Positions 23,761 to 36,716 of a stretch of DNA of 64,000 nucleotides are shown one piece after another; position 1 is the stretch's first letter, and each line of letters starts with the position of its first letter. The translations under genes were made by a program, and so were the position numbers. The notes beneath the pieces are model-generated. The model made no database searches and was not told the DNA's origin. It worked only from the letters and a program-made list of their open reading frames with translations. The stretch is from Sarea resinae (lineage: Eukaryota): positions 62,001 through 126,000 of the forward strand of contig JAPEUD010000068.1 in assembly GCA_026026165.1 (NCBI GenBank), in the 5' to 3' direction.

Positions 23761-24170
23761 CCTTCGAGACTGGATGCTGATCGAAGCGCACGGCTGTAGA
23801 TAGTAGGCGACATGCAAGAAAAGAAGGGGGAGAGGAGTCGAGCTGAGAAGGAAGCAAAGAGAAGCGATTAAGGAGTGGTAGATCAGGAGAATCGATTTGA
23901 ATGCGAAGTGACTGCAGGCGCGTTTGGTGTATCCTTTTTTGGTGTTGGGTTGACGCGCCGACCTGGCCGCGATTAATGGGCATCCCAATTGGGCATAGCG
24001 CAACATCTCTCGATCTTCAAGGTTCTTGCGGCAAAGACAAAAAGACATCGAAGTGTTAGATGGACACTATCCAACGCATTACAACAACTACAATCCACTC
24101 CAGTCCGTGTTCCTACCTGCGTCACTCTTTACTCTCTTGCGACCTCGTACTTTGGTGAGGGTCACCAAAG

Positions 24171-25098
24171 ATGTCGTCCAAGATCTCGTTCAGGACCTTC
24201 TCTGCTCTTGCTCAGCCGTCTCGTTGCCGACTGCTTCCTGCGACACCATCCTGCATCGCTGCGTCCTCCCAATGCCAGCATCTTTCTACCTCAAGTGTGC
24301 AACGTCAAGGATCCGACTCAGCGCCAGCATTAAAGCCTCGATGGCAGAGCACGCCCTCGGCTATGAGAGCTCCTGTCCGATCACGGCCACGGCCGTTCTA
24401 TTTCAGAGTCAACGAAGACCCAGCCCGCTTAGATGAGGTTTACACGCGAGTATTAGGCAATAGAGGGAGTCAGATGCTTACAGAGGACGTCAAATGGCTT
24501 GCTGTCACACATAAAAGTTTCGATCACGGAAGGAGAGGTTTCAATGACCGGCTAGCATTCCTTGGTACGCAAACATGAGCCATTGGCCTCCTGGCCGTTA
24601 CCAAGATTACTTAAGTGAAGGATACTGATTGTACGAATGATCAGGCAAACTCATAGTAGAGCTACAGACATCATTGGCCGTCATTCATTCGCCAAGTGGC
24701 GCGCAAGCTTCTACGGCTGAGCCATCAAGAGATCAATATGGTCGCACTCCTTTCGAACATCCAGCACTGAAGGGCCTGGAAAGTATCAATAAGGCACAAG
24801 ATATCGATAAAGATCAGCTGGCGCAGCTGGGAGAGCGATATGGTCTTGCCAGCGTTATTCGGTGGAAGCCAAAAAAGGTAAATTTTTCATTCCCAGCCTT
24901 CGTTCTTATATTCAGTTGCCGATACAATACTAATTATTCCACCCATAGATCGACAATCTGAAGGGTTCTGGTATCGAGACTGTGCTGGCTCAGTCAATTT
25001 ACGCCATTGTGGGAGCAGTTGCATTGCAGAAAGGTGGGGAGGTTGCGAATCGAGTCGTTCGGGAACGAATCCTGATGCCGCTTGGTGTTCTTTCGTAA
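24171..25098 (+). CDS. MRPL15: Mitochondrial large ribosomal subunit protein mL57 (RNase III-like)
   Basis: Mitochondrial presequence-like N-terminus, AVTHKSFDHGRRGFNDRLAFLG, YAIVGAVALQKGG; introns 24565-24644 and 24878-24948; TAA 25096-25098. Confidence 0.9.
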
Positions 25099-25899
25099 TA
25101 GCTCAAAGTTTGGGGAATTTGGGAACATTGTTATCTTCAGCATTCTCTTCACTTGGTGTATATTAGGATATCTACTATGAGCGAGGTTGAGTAGCTTCGT
25201 GTAGAATATGTGGCTGTTATAGATATGTCCAGCAGCCGGAACTCAAAGCAGTCAATACATTTCTCTACCAGGCAATATAAGGTCAAGGAATGTGTATCTT
25301 CATGGCATGGTAGAAGTGCAGAACAAGATATATAGTGTAAGGTTTGTAGGGCTCCTCTGACACCGGCCGATGCAACAGTGAGAAAAATACTCGGCCAGCT
25401 CTTATGGAGCCAAAATGATCTCTCTCTCCGCGCCTCGAAATCGCAATGTTCAGCAATTGAAGGGCCGATTGCCATTCCAACAGAAAGTCGGAGGCAATGG
25501 CTGTTGATTTGCACTGTCTAGTGGGCGCGTTGGAGAGGAAAGGAAAAGAAAAGTTCGGCGAGAGCAGAAAACAAGCGACTAAATGGTGGTGGGCGACTCG
25601 CAGGGTAAGCGGCCGGGCGCGAGCACTGGGGATGGACGAATGACGATCGACTACCACATCCAGGTACGGTACCTCCCGATTTGGTGGGGGATCACTAAAG
25701 GGAAATGTACTCGGACAGTCGACACTTGACAGCATCCAAGGCATCAATTGAAGTCAAACACCATCAGCAGCGCAAGATACCTCCAGGCCGCAATACGAGC
25801 ACCCTGATCTGGGCATAATGATGGCCTGAATCGAAACATCAAAGGACACCCGATCACTCATCTCGACATCTTTGGACCGCAAGGTCGACGTGGAGCAAC

Positions 25900-27756
25900 A
25901 TGGCTTCAGCTGTCTTCTTCCTCGACCTGAAGGGCAAGGTCCGAATGAACATCTACCATCATGTCGGATACAAGGGCAGAGGCTGATCATAATGCATACA
26001 GACCCTTCTGGCTCGAAATTACCGAGGAGACATTCCTATGGCCGCGGTCGAGAAGTTTCCCATACTACTGAGCGAGGCCGAAGATGAGAGCTCTGCCGTT
26101 CCACCTTGCTTTTCCGACGAGGGGATCAATGTACGTTGATGAATCCCTGTCCCGTCGAGAGCTCGAGCATTTGGCAATGACTTGGGACATAGCACTGACC
26201 GCTGCGACTGGACATTCTAGTATCTCTATATTCGACACAACAACCTCTACCTTTTGGCGTTGACAAAGAAGAACACGAATGCTGCCGAGATCCTACTCTT
26301 TTTGCACAAAATCGTCGAGGTCTTCACAGAATATTTCAAAGAACTCGAAGAAGAGAGTATACGCGATAATTTTGTCATTATCTACGAGCTTCTGGACGAA
26401 ATGATGGACTTTGGCTATCCACAAACGACAGAGAGCAAAATACTACAAGAGTATGACCATTCAGGATCTCTCAGAGACAGCTAATCTAATCTTGCCTCCA
26501 GATACATTACCCAAGAGTCGCATAAACTCGAGATCCAGGCACGCCCTCCAATAGCAGTTACAAACGCCGTTTCATGGCGTAGCGAAGGGATCCGTTATCG
26601 CAAGAACGAGGTCTTCCTGGACGTCGTCGAGTCGCTCAACCTCCTCGTCTCATCTAATGGGAACGTGCTTCGATCTGAGATCCTTGGCGCTATCAAAATG
26701 AAATGCTACCTTAGCGGCATGCCCGAGCTACGGCTAGGACTTAATGACAAGGTCATGTTCGAGACGACAGGCCGCGCCACGAGGGGCAAGGCGGTCGAGA
26801 TGGAAGACGTCAAGTTTCATCAGTGTGTGCGACTAAGTCGGTTTGAAAATGATCGCACCATTAGTTTCATACCGCCCGATGGAGAGTTTGAGCTCATGAG
26901 CTATCGACTGAATACCCAAGTCAAGCCACTGATTTGGGTAGAGTGTGTCGTTGAGTCACATTCAGGTTCGCGAATAGCATATATGCTCAAGGTCAGTTTA
27001 CTCGCATCTGGTTCACCGCTTGTACCTTCTCAACTTCATTGAGAAACTATTCGAAGTTAACATGTCTTCCCATAGGCCAAAGCACAATTCAAAAGGCGCT
27101 CTACAGCCAATAACGTCGAGATTCTTGTACCTGTCCCTGAAGATGCAGACACACCGCGCTTCCGAACCAACATCGGTTCTGTGCATTATGCGCCCGAGAA
27201 GTCCGCCATCATTTGGAAGATCAAGCAGTTCGGTGGTGGCAAGGAGTTTTTGATGCGCGCCGAGCTAGGCCTGCCGTCGGTCAAGGGCGACGATGAGCAC
27301 GGCGGTGGTATGACTGGTGGGTTCGGTGGCAGCATGGGTGGCGCCCAGGGCGGTAAGGGCAAGAGGCCCATCAATGTCAAATTCGAGATCCCGTATTTCA
27401 CGACATCGGGTATTCAGGTCAGATACTTGAAGATTATAGAACCGAAGGTGAGTTTGATTCGCTTGCCCCCTGTCACTGGGCGGAACTCCCCTTCGCCTGT
27501 TTGCTTTTGCCTCTGCCGCCAATGCAGCCCCTGTATTCAAAAAGAAATGGATCGACAAAGAAAGAGGCTGCCCATACATGCAAGATGCAAGATGCGATTC
27601 CCTACATTCTTGGCGCTTTTTGGAAAAACCCAAAAGGAGTTCATGCAGCTGACCGGTATCCTACCACCCACACAGCTCCAATACCCTTCCCTTCCCTGGG
27701 TCCGCTACATCACGCAATCAGGCGACATAGCCGTGCGATTGCCCGACGTGCAGTAG
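25900..27756 (+). CDS. APM1: AP-1 clathrin adaptor medium (mu1) subunit
   Basis: MASAVFFLDLKGK, EESIRDNFVIIYELLDEMMDFGYPQ, EDVKFHQCV, SFIPPDGEFELMSY, LPWVRYITQSG; introns 25939-26001, 26131-26220, 26451-26501, 26992-27075, 27448-27675. Confidence 0.97.
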
Positions 27757-28983
27757 TATTGTCGACATTGTGGCGTCCTATCATCACGAACACCAACCCC
27801 AATACCATCACCACATGTTAACGACATCTCCATCTACGACCCCAAGCCCCTCGGCCTGATTCGCCTTTTCAGCCACGAGTTAGCGGAGATGCTGTGCTCG
27901 ACCATGCAGTCAAGCGGCCTCAGGCTCCGCAGCATATCAGCCTAATCCGATGTGCACCGCAGGCAGTAAGCCTGTATCCAATAGAGCGGAGCCAGACCAG
28001 ATGGGTTACGAGCCGCAACGTAGCGAGCGTACTCGAAATGGTCATGGGGCCCTTCTTTCTTTCCTATCATCCGTATAAACCCAGCCGTTTTTGTTTTTCT
28101 CTGGCGTTTCTTCTCCACATGATCTCGGATAGAAATGAACATTCTATATCATGATCTGAAATTGCTTCCACCGCATCTGGACAATCTAGTGGTGTCAGGG
28201 ATATGAATGATCCAGTAAAAACATTCCGCCGCCCGCTTCTCCCAACAATCCCCGCGTTTCTATTTCCAAGCCGGCGACCCGACTCGATGACGAGATTGAG
28301 TGCTTATGATCCACCACTCGCGCGATATAGATTATGAAGGGGTCCTGACATTGCCATATTCACTCACCCACTCACTCACCATTGTTTCTGTATGATGTGG
28401 TTTTCCAAGCTCCAATTTGCTTGGCCAGCTGGACATGTTATGTATATTTCAAAGTAGAGTATGTATATATGTATCTGACGTTTTTGTGCAAACATTTCTT
28501 ACAGTCTGAATGAGCGTAGAATATAGAGGTCGTCCGAGGAGCCCAGACGTAGAAGGAGAATCGAGAATAGAGTCATCAGGGGGATATTAAAGCCAATGAG
28601 AGAGAGGTGGAGGAGAATGAGTGAGGTCATGCACGCAAGCAAAAGGAAAGGGAAATGAAAGCCAAAGCATAGACAATAGTAAAAGAAATCAGCAGCAACG
28701 TCGGGAAATGGGCCTTATCAAATAGAGACAGCGGTAGCCCGCTAGCGGCACTCAGCCTGCCCGGCCAGCCAAATTCCAATCAAACCAGGTCCCACGCTCG
28801 CACCTGCTCGCGGTAATGCTGCAGGTTACCCACATAAAAACATGTAGCGTGACTACGTAGCCGCCGGCAAGCAAACAAGCAGCCAAAAACAGACGCGCGG
28901 CTGGCTCGCTCAGCCAGTCGATTCAAAGGGAGCCTGGTGAGATAGGGGGTGGTCCCAAGGGCGACGCCCGCCGAGCTAGGCAA

Positions 28984-30003
28984 TCACTTGAAGAGCGGCC
29001 CGTAGACGCCATTCTCAAACGCTTGGATTTTGTCCTGGGAGGAGATGCCGGCGTTCGCGGGCGTCGGGTCGACGTAGACAGAGACCACGAAGCCGCGGCG
29101 CGGCGTCTTGGCGATACCTTTGTGTGAAGGGTTCATATCAGCGTCAGTATAGGTTCTGCAGTCGAGTAAGGCAGACAAAGTGAGGCGTTGCGGAAAACAG
29201 AGCCAAATGAGCGATCAACGGGAGGTATACATGGACAGAAGACTTACGGCCCGTGGAAGCATTGTGGCGGCCCCAGAAATTACCAGCTTTGAAACAACTC
29301 TTCATGATCGTGGGGATGCTGCTTGGTGGGCACGAAAACGCCGCCATTGCCACCAAGATGGACAACTGGCCACAGAGGCCCTTGGAAACGGGTGGCGCTT
29401 CATTGAAGCGTGTAGGCTGCCAGTTGTAGACGGGCGGAAGGAGCTGCCCGAGCCATGTGTTGCTGTCACCGGGTGCAGCCAGTCTCGGATGGTCTTCGGG
29501 GACCGCAACGCGAGACATGCCATCAAGATGTTGGAAAGCCAGGGGCTGCCAGGCAATGTCATCTCTGTGCATGTGCCTGGCATCGTAAGCGTTGGCGAGG
29601 AGGTGGCCCGTCTCTTCATGGTAGAAGACGGTGTGCTCGGAGACAAGAGTCAGCTGCAGCTGCAGAGCGGCGGCTTGAGCTTGCACTGCGTCGCCGTTCT
29701 TCCACAAGTACCACGAACTCTCAAGGGTGCGAATGGCCTTGGGTTCGTTTGGAGGTAGCCACCATCCAGTCTGTGGGAGAAGCCTTGGGACTTGCTGTGA
29801 GTCGTCGTATTCGACGGCGTCAATGCGAATGAGAAAGCTTAGGCCTTCTGGCGGAAGACTACGATCTGTTGGACGTGGCTGGATGCTAACATTCTTTGGG
29901 TTGCCGCTGGAAGGACGTTTGCTTTGCTTTTTTTGCTGGTGAAGAGCAGTAGATATCAGTGGAGGATGGGTAGGCGTGAACGAGAGAGGCTCACCGAGAA
30001 CAT
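28984..30003 (-). CDS. Hypothetical fungal protein (~275 aa, Trp-rich globular)
   Basis: ATG 30003 (9-nt first exon MFS), intron 29994-29936, exon 29935-29248, intron 29247-29118, last exon to TGA 28984. All junctions are in frame with canonical splice sites. Confidence 0.75.
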
Positions 30004-30499
30004 GACTGATGATAGGTGTACGAGGGCTGAAAAGACAGATTTTTCGCAGGTCAAAAGGGGTTTTCAAGGATATGAGCAGTGAAGAACCTGAGGTTGGCAT
30101 CCGTGGAAAAGGCATAGAGGCCTTGCCCCTTATGAGGACAGCGACGAGCGGAGCCGTACAGGGCATGTCGAGGCAATACCACATCCTGAAAACGAGATAT
30201 CCTGCAAAGCAACTTAAGGATGCATGGTACCATCACGTAGTTGGCGCTTGCTGAACCGTTCAGCAGGCAAATATCCCTGTTGAGGACCCCACCTTGAATT
30301 GAGCCGCCCGAGATGTACTGTTACCACTAGATAACGTTCATTCTCAGTCTCGGCCAAACGTCAACCTAGACAGTGGTAAAGAGTTCGACCGACTGAGCAG
30401 CATCTTTTGCTCAAATGAAAATCAAATCAAGGGAACACATATCATGTCCTGGGAACATCGATGGTGCCAATCTGCGTGTTGGATTTGAAATGTGTCCGA

Positions 30500-33379
30500 C
30501 GGCCCGCACCGCTATCCGAAGCGTGGCATATAGTACTAGCTAAGATTCCTGGACGAAAGGAGTCAAGCTGCCCAGAAGTGGGTAGATGCGGCGAGACGAG
30601 TCGACCCCTCCTGACCGCGCCCGCAGGACACCCTCAAGGATGAGAAGAGAGGTAAAGCAAACAGTAATGATTGGAAGTCGGAGCAAGCCTATCAAAATAC
30701 AGTGAAGCGCTAAGAAGCAAGCATCGTGAGCATATCCCATTCCGCAGGAGGCATTGAGAAGATGATCTCCTTGACAGCGTAGACGGTCTGTAGATAGCTG
30801 CTTGTGACTGAGTGAAGCGCTTCAAAAATAATAGAACCTCATCAGGCTCATAAACAAATCATTCGAGAAGGAATAAGAGACGTCGTGTAACGCGCTGGCC
30901 AAGCTGGTGGTTCAGCCCAAATGAATCTTGGGAATCACTCAGCATTCCCGAGCGATCGGTTTAGGGAGTACCCGCCCAGGCCGAACCTCAATCGACACGC
31001 GCCGCACAACAACCACTTCGTAATTTCAGCGACGATATCGACAGAATAAAACAATTTGAGAACAGAGGAGAGAAGCCATAATTGTTCGATGCCACGGAAG
31101 AGGATTGTCAATCATATAACAGCTTGAGTAGTATTCCACACCGCCTCGCCAATGCCAGCGCAAGACTCCAAGACTAATTCGTACCTAAGGCCGGTCGCAT
31201 CGTTCGCCTCATGCGTGTTCCGACAACATCCAAGTGGCTAGCTAGGGGCCGATTCTCTCGGATTTCATTCTAACGCTGTCTCGACCGTCGGACGTCGCCG
31301 CGAGAAATTACTTGCCATTTCCCCGAGTTCCTTTGCGCTCGGAATCTAGAGGTCTGACGACGAGCGGTGGCCAACCGTCTTTTTGAACCCAATTGCCTCT
31401 CTATGACGCGGTGCGTACTGGAATGAAGTTTCGGACAATACGGGCGACCATGCAGGGACGAGATCGATCGACGAGATCGGCAACAATAGACTTGCGTGCC
31501 GAGGTGAAGAGGGTAAAGTCGGCACGAGACAGAGGCACCGGCGAACAAAGCAATATCATGCCAGATTCATCTTGCCAGACGCACTGCACGGACGACATAA
31601 GCAGCGGGCATACAGCCCTTGTTGGATATGGTATGGCTGCTGCATAAGCGCACCAAGAAATCTATGATGGCTCCAGAAACGTTCCCAAACGAAGCTCGGA
31701 CAAAGGTTCCAGCAAGGAATAGCGTAAGCCCTCACTAATGATGCGTTCAGGCAGCCTCGGCCCAGACTTTTTTAGTAACCCGCAACGCAATGCCAAATGC
31801 TTAGAACCACGAGTACAGAGACGTTTTGCGCTTGTCATGCAAAGAAGCGTCTCACTCGAATTACTGCTTGGCTGTGGGTGTTCGCTGGCATCGTCCTTTG
31901 TATGAACGGCAGACCATTGCTTAGCGCTTCGAAATGATCCAAGTTGGCACCGGGTAAAAGTACGATAAGCTCTCCATAGGGCAGGGCCATCTTCCATGCT
32001 CTCCAGCCCAAAATGGTCGCTGAGATCCCTCAGCAAGCACACCTGAAAGGTCAGCGGAACATCGGCATCCAATAATACGGCAACACGAGTGGCTGCACAC
32101 ACGTTCCAGGGATAATATGAGCTATATAGTGTTGGCCTTGGACAGATCCGCGTTTCTGCTAATGTAATACATTTGCGTTTCGAATCCCTTGTCCGTGGGA
32201 TCGTGTTGCGTCGTCGACCCCTAGTGCGATTAGCCACTGAATTGAGCACCAACGGATGAAAGACGAAATGTCACTGGACGAGGATATCCAGCAACGTTCG
32301 GAAGTCGTCAGCCCAAGCCAGGGACTTTGAACGGAGAACTTTTGACTAGCACTATAGGAAGAAAGTATGTCTTTGAGGGGCGATCCTCAACCTTTTATGG
32401 CCTCAACCAGGCGTGGAAAGTTCTCTTTCTGCATTCAGTGCAGAAGAAGCAGGGGGCAGCCCGGCCGGTCTGACGCTACCAGGAGTTCCCTACGACCGTG
32501 CCTCTGTGCAGATAAGTTTCGACGCAGGAAAGGAACCTGTTATCTGAGCCACGCTTTGGTTCCGAACCCTCTGCTAGCTCCTTGTCTATTCATTGTATAG
32601 ATGAGGATACGAGTAACGGTAGCCACAACAGTATCGAGACTCACTCAGGCTATCACCATAGCGAGGAGACTCATCAGAAGCGGTCACGAAACCGTTGTCC
32701 GCTTACGCGAAAGTCTTTGTGGGTCGTGGCATCGCCGATCGTGTGCTGGTCGGTCGTGTCAAGTAGGTAGTGATTGGAGAGGCTCGAAGCCCCTCCGATC
32801 TGGTTGCTAGGGGAGCATCATTGGAGATGAAGCCGAGACCTAGAATCGTATCGACGCATCGCAAACGACTCGGTGAGTTCTTCGTTTCTGACTCTGTTTT
32901 TTCTGCGCTCTATCGTCCACCGTCTGTGGTTACTCCTCCGTTGTCTGTCGTTCGTCGTCTGATTAAGGGAAAAGAAGCCTGTGCTTTGGCTGCGGGGCCC
33001 GAGCGACGCGCAGCGACAGGGTTGCGTTGGGGCAAAGACCCCTGTCGAGGTATGGCCAAAAGCTAGCTGATCATTCCATCAACCGACAGATTGAGATCGC
33101 CATGATCGGAGTCAGAAGAGTGCTTCCTGTCGATAATCGTACGGACGCCAGCGAGCGTCTCTACTAGCTTAAACTTAGGTTCCAGTCATGCCCAATTTGT
33201 CTGAGAGGCGAACTATCCCAGAATCCAGGGGACAGGAGACCGGGAGAACAGGATCTCGATCGCTGAGATTCCAGTACATTGTTTACCTTTGGAGGGAGTT
33301 GGTCTTGCAACTCTCCCTTGGTCAGCCTGCGACCCGCTCCAAGCCCATGGTCCTCTCCAATCTTTCGTTTGACCGTCAT
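30500..33379 (-). pseudogene. Possible decayed gene of unknown family
   Basis: About 3 kb of coding-like sequence with no intact gene. Minus-strand fragments 33379-33164 and 32252-31662. One frame from ~33160 to 32585 has only three internal stops (TAG, TAG, TAA). Confidence 0.3.
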
Positions 33380-33810
33380 TCACTGGGCATTAGTTGAAAG
33401 GATGGAGTGAAGGATGGCGAAGGACGCAGTCCAAGCACTTCTCCTCTTCCGAGCGTTTCGACAATACTAATTCGAGTTTGCTGTGGAAGATCAATGCACC
33501 ATCTTAGAAGACCACGGTCATTATTGTCCTGAAATCAGCCTAAGCAGAACGTGGCCAAGCTGGTAAAGATCACAGACGGGACAGGGGAGAAGGGGGGGAG
33601 GCAGCAGAGCTAGGGCATAGCGCACATAGCAGCCAGCAGATACCCGCTTAGTCATCCTCATTACCACCCCGCCACTTTATCAATGGATCAGGTCTCTCCT
33701 ACCAAATCGTTTAAAATTTCCCCAGAATGCGTAGAACTGAATGATAAACGCACAATCCGCATCCTCGGCCCTTTTCAAATTCAAGGTTCACTCTGTGATT
33801 TACCTGAAGG

Positions 33811-35322
33811 ATGGAGTCGATGAAGCCTGTGCACACGCTCGTGCTGGATGCTGGTCCCATCATCAAGAATGAGCCATCAGTATCAACCTTGCTGGCGCAG
33901 TCAGAGAGTCTCGTCACCGTCCCATCGTTTATTTCGGAAATTCGGGATGCAGCAGCCCGATCGCGTGTGGAAACGACATTGCTCCCCTTTCTGACGTTAA
34001 GGAGCCCACGTCCGGAGAGCGTCAAAGTGATCACCGATTTCGCGCGCAGGACAGGAGATTTATCAGTGCTAAGCCGGCCCGACATCCTTATTTTGGCTCT
34101 GGCATATGAACTCGAGTGTGAACGGAACGGTGGAGATTGGAGGTTGAGACGAGCCCCGGGGCAGAAAGGCCTGAATGGGTCGCCTCCGGCGAGGCAACCG
34201 TGCGAACCACCTGGCGATTGCGAACCATATTGCGAACCACATTGCGAACCACATTGCGAACCACATGGCGAACCGACAAGGCATCCAAGTAGCACAGAGG
34301 TCTTCAGCCAGGGGGAAACCAGCGCCCCGGAACCGAGTCAGAATCAGGATGCTGCAGTGAGCGTGGGGGGAGGTTCCAGTCAATCTCTAAGCGCAGAAGC
34401 CGACGTCGGGTCATCATTGGATCCAGCGCAGACTGAAGTTCCCAACCAGGCCTTGGAGGATCTGCACTTTTCGGATGGCCAGACACATGAGCCGTTCGAG
34501 GCACGTGTCTCGAACGTCAATAATGTCGAATCGATCGCTGAATCGACCAAAGATGCGGCGACCGCTGAAGCTATGGCCGCTGAAGATATGACAGCCCCGG
34601 CTTCGACTACAACTGATATCATCTCTACAAACCCGACTGCAGCCGGTCTTGACGCGACTGTCGACTCCGACTCCGACTCGGAAGGATGGATCACGCCGAC
34701 CAATATCAAAAAACAGCAAGCGAAGGACGCGAGCGCGTCCCAAACGCCCACCCCGGAGCCAAAAACGATGCAAGTTGCGACGCTTACGACGGATTTCGCG
34801 ATGCAAAACGTGCTGCTCCAAATGAACCTGAACCTACTCTCACCGTCGCTCCAACGAGTCCGTCATCTGAAGACCTACGTCCTGCGCTGCCACGCCTGCT
34901 TCGAACGCACCAAAGACATGACCAAGCAATTCTGCCCGCGCTGCGGTAAACCAACCCTGACACGCGTGGCGTGCTCGACGAATCAGAATGGTGAATTCAA
35001 GATGCACCTGAAGAAGAACATGCAGTGGAATACGCGGGGCGATCGTTACAGCATCCCCAAAGCCGTTTCTGGGTCTGCGAGCGGGAAACTTAATGTGGGT
35101 GGTGGGGGTAAAGGCGGCGGGAAGGGCGGCTGGGGCCAAGGGTTGATCCTGGCGGAAGATCAGAAGGAGTATGTGCAGGCGATGAGCTCGCAGGGGAGGA
35201 AGAAAGAGAGGGACTTGATGGACGAGGATTATCTTCCGAGCATTCTGACTGGGGAACGGGGGAGAACCGGAGGAAGAGTCAAGGTTGGGGCGGGGAAGAA
35301 CGTCAATTCGAGGAAGAGATGA
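33811..35322 (+). CDS. NOB1: 20S pre-rRNA D-site endonuclease
   Basis: PIN domain (VLDAGPII, RTGDLSVLSRPD, TTDFAMQNVLLQMNL), GWITP motif, Zn ribbon CHAC...CPRCG. Confidence 0.97.
   Translation: MESMKPVHTLVLDAGPIIKNEPSVSTLLAQSESLVTVPSFISEIRDAAARSRVETTLLPFLTLRSPRPESVKVITDFARRTGDLSVLSRPDILILALAYELECERNGGDWRLRRAPGQKGLNGSPPARQPCEPPGDCEPYCEPHCEPHCEPHGEPTRHPSSTEVFSQGETSAPEPSQNQDAAVSVGGGSSQSLSAEADVGSSLDPAQTEVPNQALEDLHFSDGQTHEPFEARVSNVNNVESIAESTKDAATAEAMAAEDMTAPASTTTDIISTNPTAAGLDATVDSDSDSEGWITPTNIKKQQAKDASASQTPTPEPKTMQVATLTTDFAMQNVLLQMNLNLLSPSLQRVRHLKTYVLRCHACFERTKDMTKQFCPRCGKPTLTRVACSTNQNGEFKMHLKKNMQWNTRGDRYSIPKAVSGSASGKLNVGGGGKGGGKGGWGQGLILAEDQKEYVQAMSSQGRKKERDLMDEDYLPSILTGERGRTGGRVKVGAGKNVNSRKR
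34201..34275 (+). repeat. 12-bp coding tandem repeat (TGCGAACCACAT) in NOB1
   Basis: Encodes CEPPGDCEPYCEPHCEPHCEPHGEP. Confidence 0.9.
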
Positions 35323-35674
35323 AAGGGTGGAGATCTCTCTGGTCTTCACAACCTTACGCGGTTACGAGGAGTTTCTAGAAGGATTTGTGGGCATTTCAGG
35401 TTGGAATTCCCAGGTATTAAAAAGCATACAGTCTGGTATCTCATGACCAGTCGACGAATCACGCAAAGATGATCAAGGATACTCATATATCAATCTCTTT
35501 TGAAATTTAGAGAACAAAAGGTCCCCGACGTGAAACCATATACATAGAGCCGAACAACCTTCCCAAAACGCCACGTAAAATGCTACTCCTCACAAATCAT
35601 CCCCACCGCAGGTCTCAACAACCACGATCCACGAGTTCCCGTCCCTTGAGCGTGTGCTTCTATCTTTGGATTTC

Positions 35675-36132
35675 CTACTGTCCTAGAGCCTTAAGATCCT
35701 CTGCACCGATATTGTCAGTCCGGTCCCACTGGCCACACTACGGAAGGCGGATCGACATACTCTGCTGCGTCAAAAGTAGGCCATATCGCTTCTTGAGGGT
35801 GACGCGATGTCTGCAGAAATGCCCACGAATTAGCGCCTGGTCTCTCGATTCCGTTCGCTCGCTCGCTCGCGCGAAGCATGTCTCTGTTCGTCTTTCTCTT
35901 CCTCTCACCGCTCGCCACAAGAGAGATAAAGCTGCCATGGAACGAAGAGGATCCAGGACGACAAGGCATAGATCAAGCGACGGAGACGCGGAGGAACCCC
36001 ATACCTAGAGTATTTGTCGTCGGGCGAGAACCTGGCCGGATGCGCCGACTTCGTCACCTCGCCATGCGCGATCTTCTTGAGCGTGTAGATGCGCTTTCCC
36101 GAGATCGGGTCCGAAGTGTACATCAGATGCAT
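35675..36132 (-). CDS. NOP10: H/ACA snoRNP subunit
   Basis: [44 protein letters not shown]; introns 36004-35811 and 35760-35701; TAG 35677-35675. Confidence 0.95.
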
Positions 36133-36716
36133 GGCTGCCGTGCGTATGAATGCGGTTGAGGTGGTTTTTCTGTGCGGTGCTGGACGTGCGAGGTGTTTTG
36201 TTCGGCCTGGTTTTATGCGACAGATGAGGAACGAAGCGCGCAGAGATCGGGTGCGCGGTGGTGGTCGACGTGGAGTTTTGGAGATTTTGAACTCGCTTGG
36301 ATTTTTTTGGTGTTCAGGGAACCGCACTAGGCCGCTTTTGGTAGCCTTGGATAGGCGGGCGAGGAAGATGGTCTACAGATGCTGCTTTTTCATTTAACGG
36401 TGAGAACGCCATTTCGATATCAACATTATGAAGAGGAATTGTTGGATTCTATGTCTACGATTAGACATGTTAATAGATATTCGAAAACTGGTTGTAAGGT
36501 CTAGGAATCTATATGAACACACGGCAGATAGACATCACAGCCGCGGACCAGCACACCCTGAGATAGTAGCCATAGGCCCCAAACCCTGCATCGAAAAGGA
36601 CTCGAGATGTATACCCTCAGGATAATCCAAGCAACCGCTCTTCCAACGCCCCGCACGCTTTACGTTCGTACCAAACATATATCGCAGATTCAAAAGCGCC
36701 CCATCATATACACCCC

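Noticed and set aside
35811..36004. Intronic snoRNA in the long NOP10 intron
   Set aside because: No C (RUGAUGA)/D (CUGA) boxes or convincing H/ACA hairpin pair seen.
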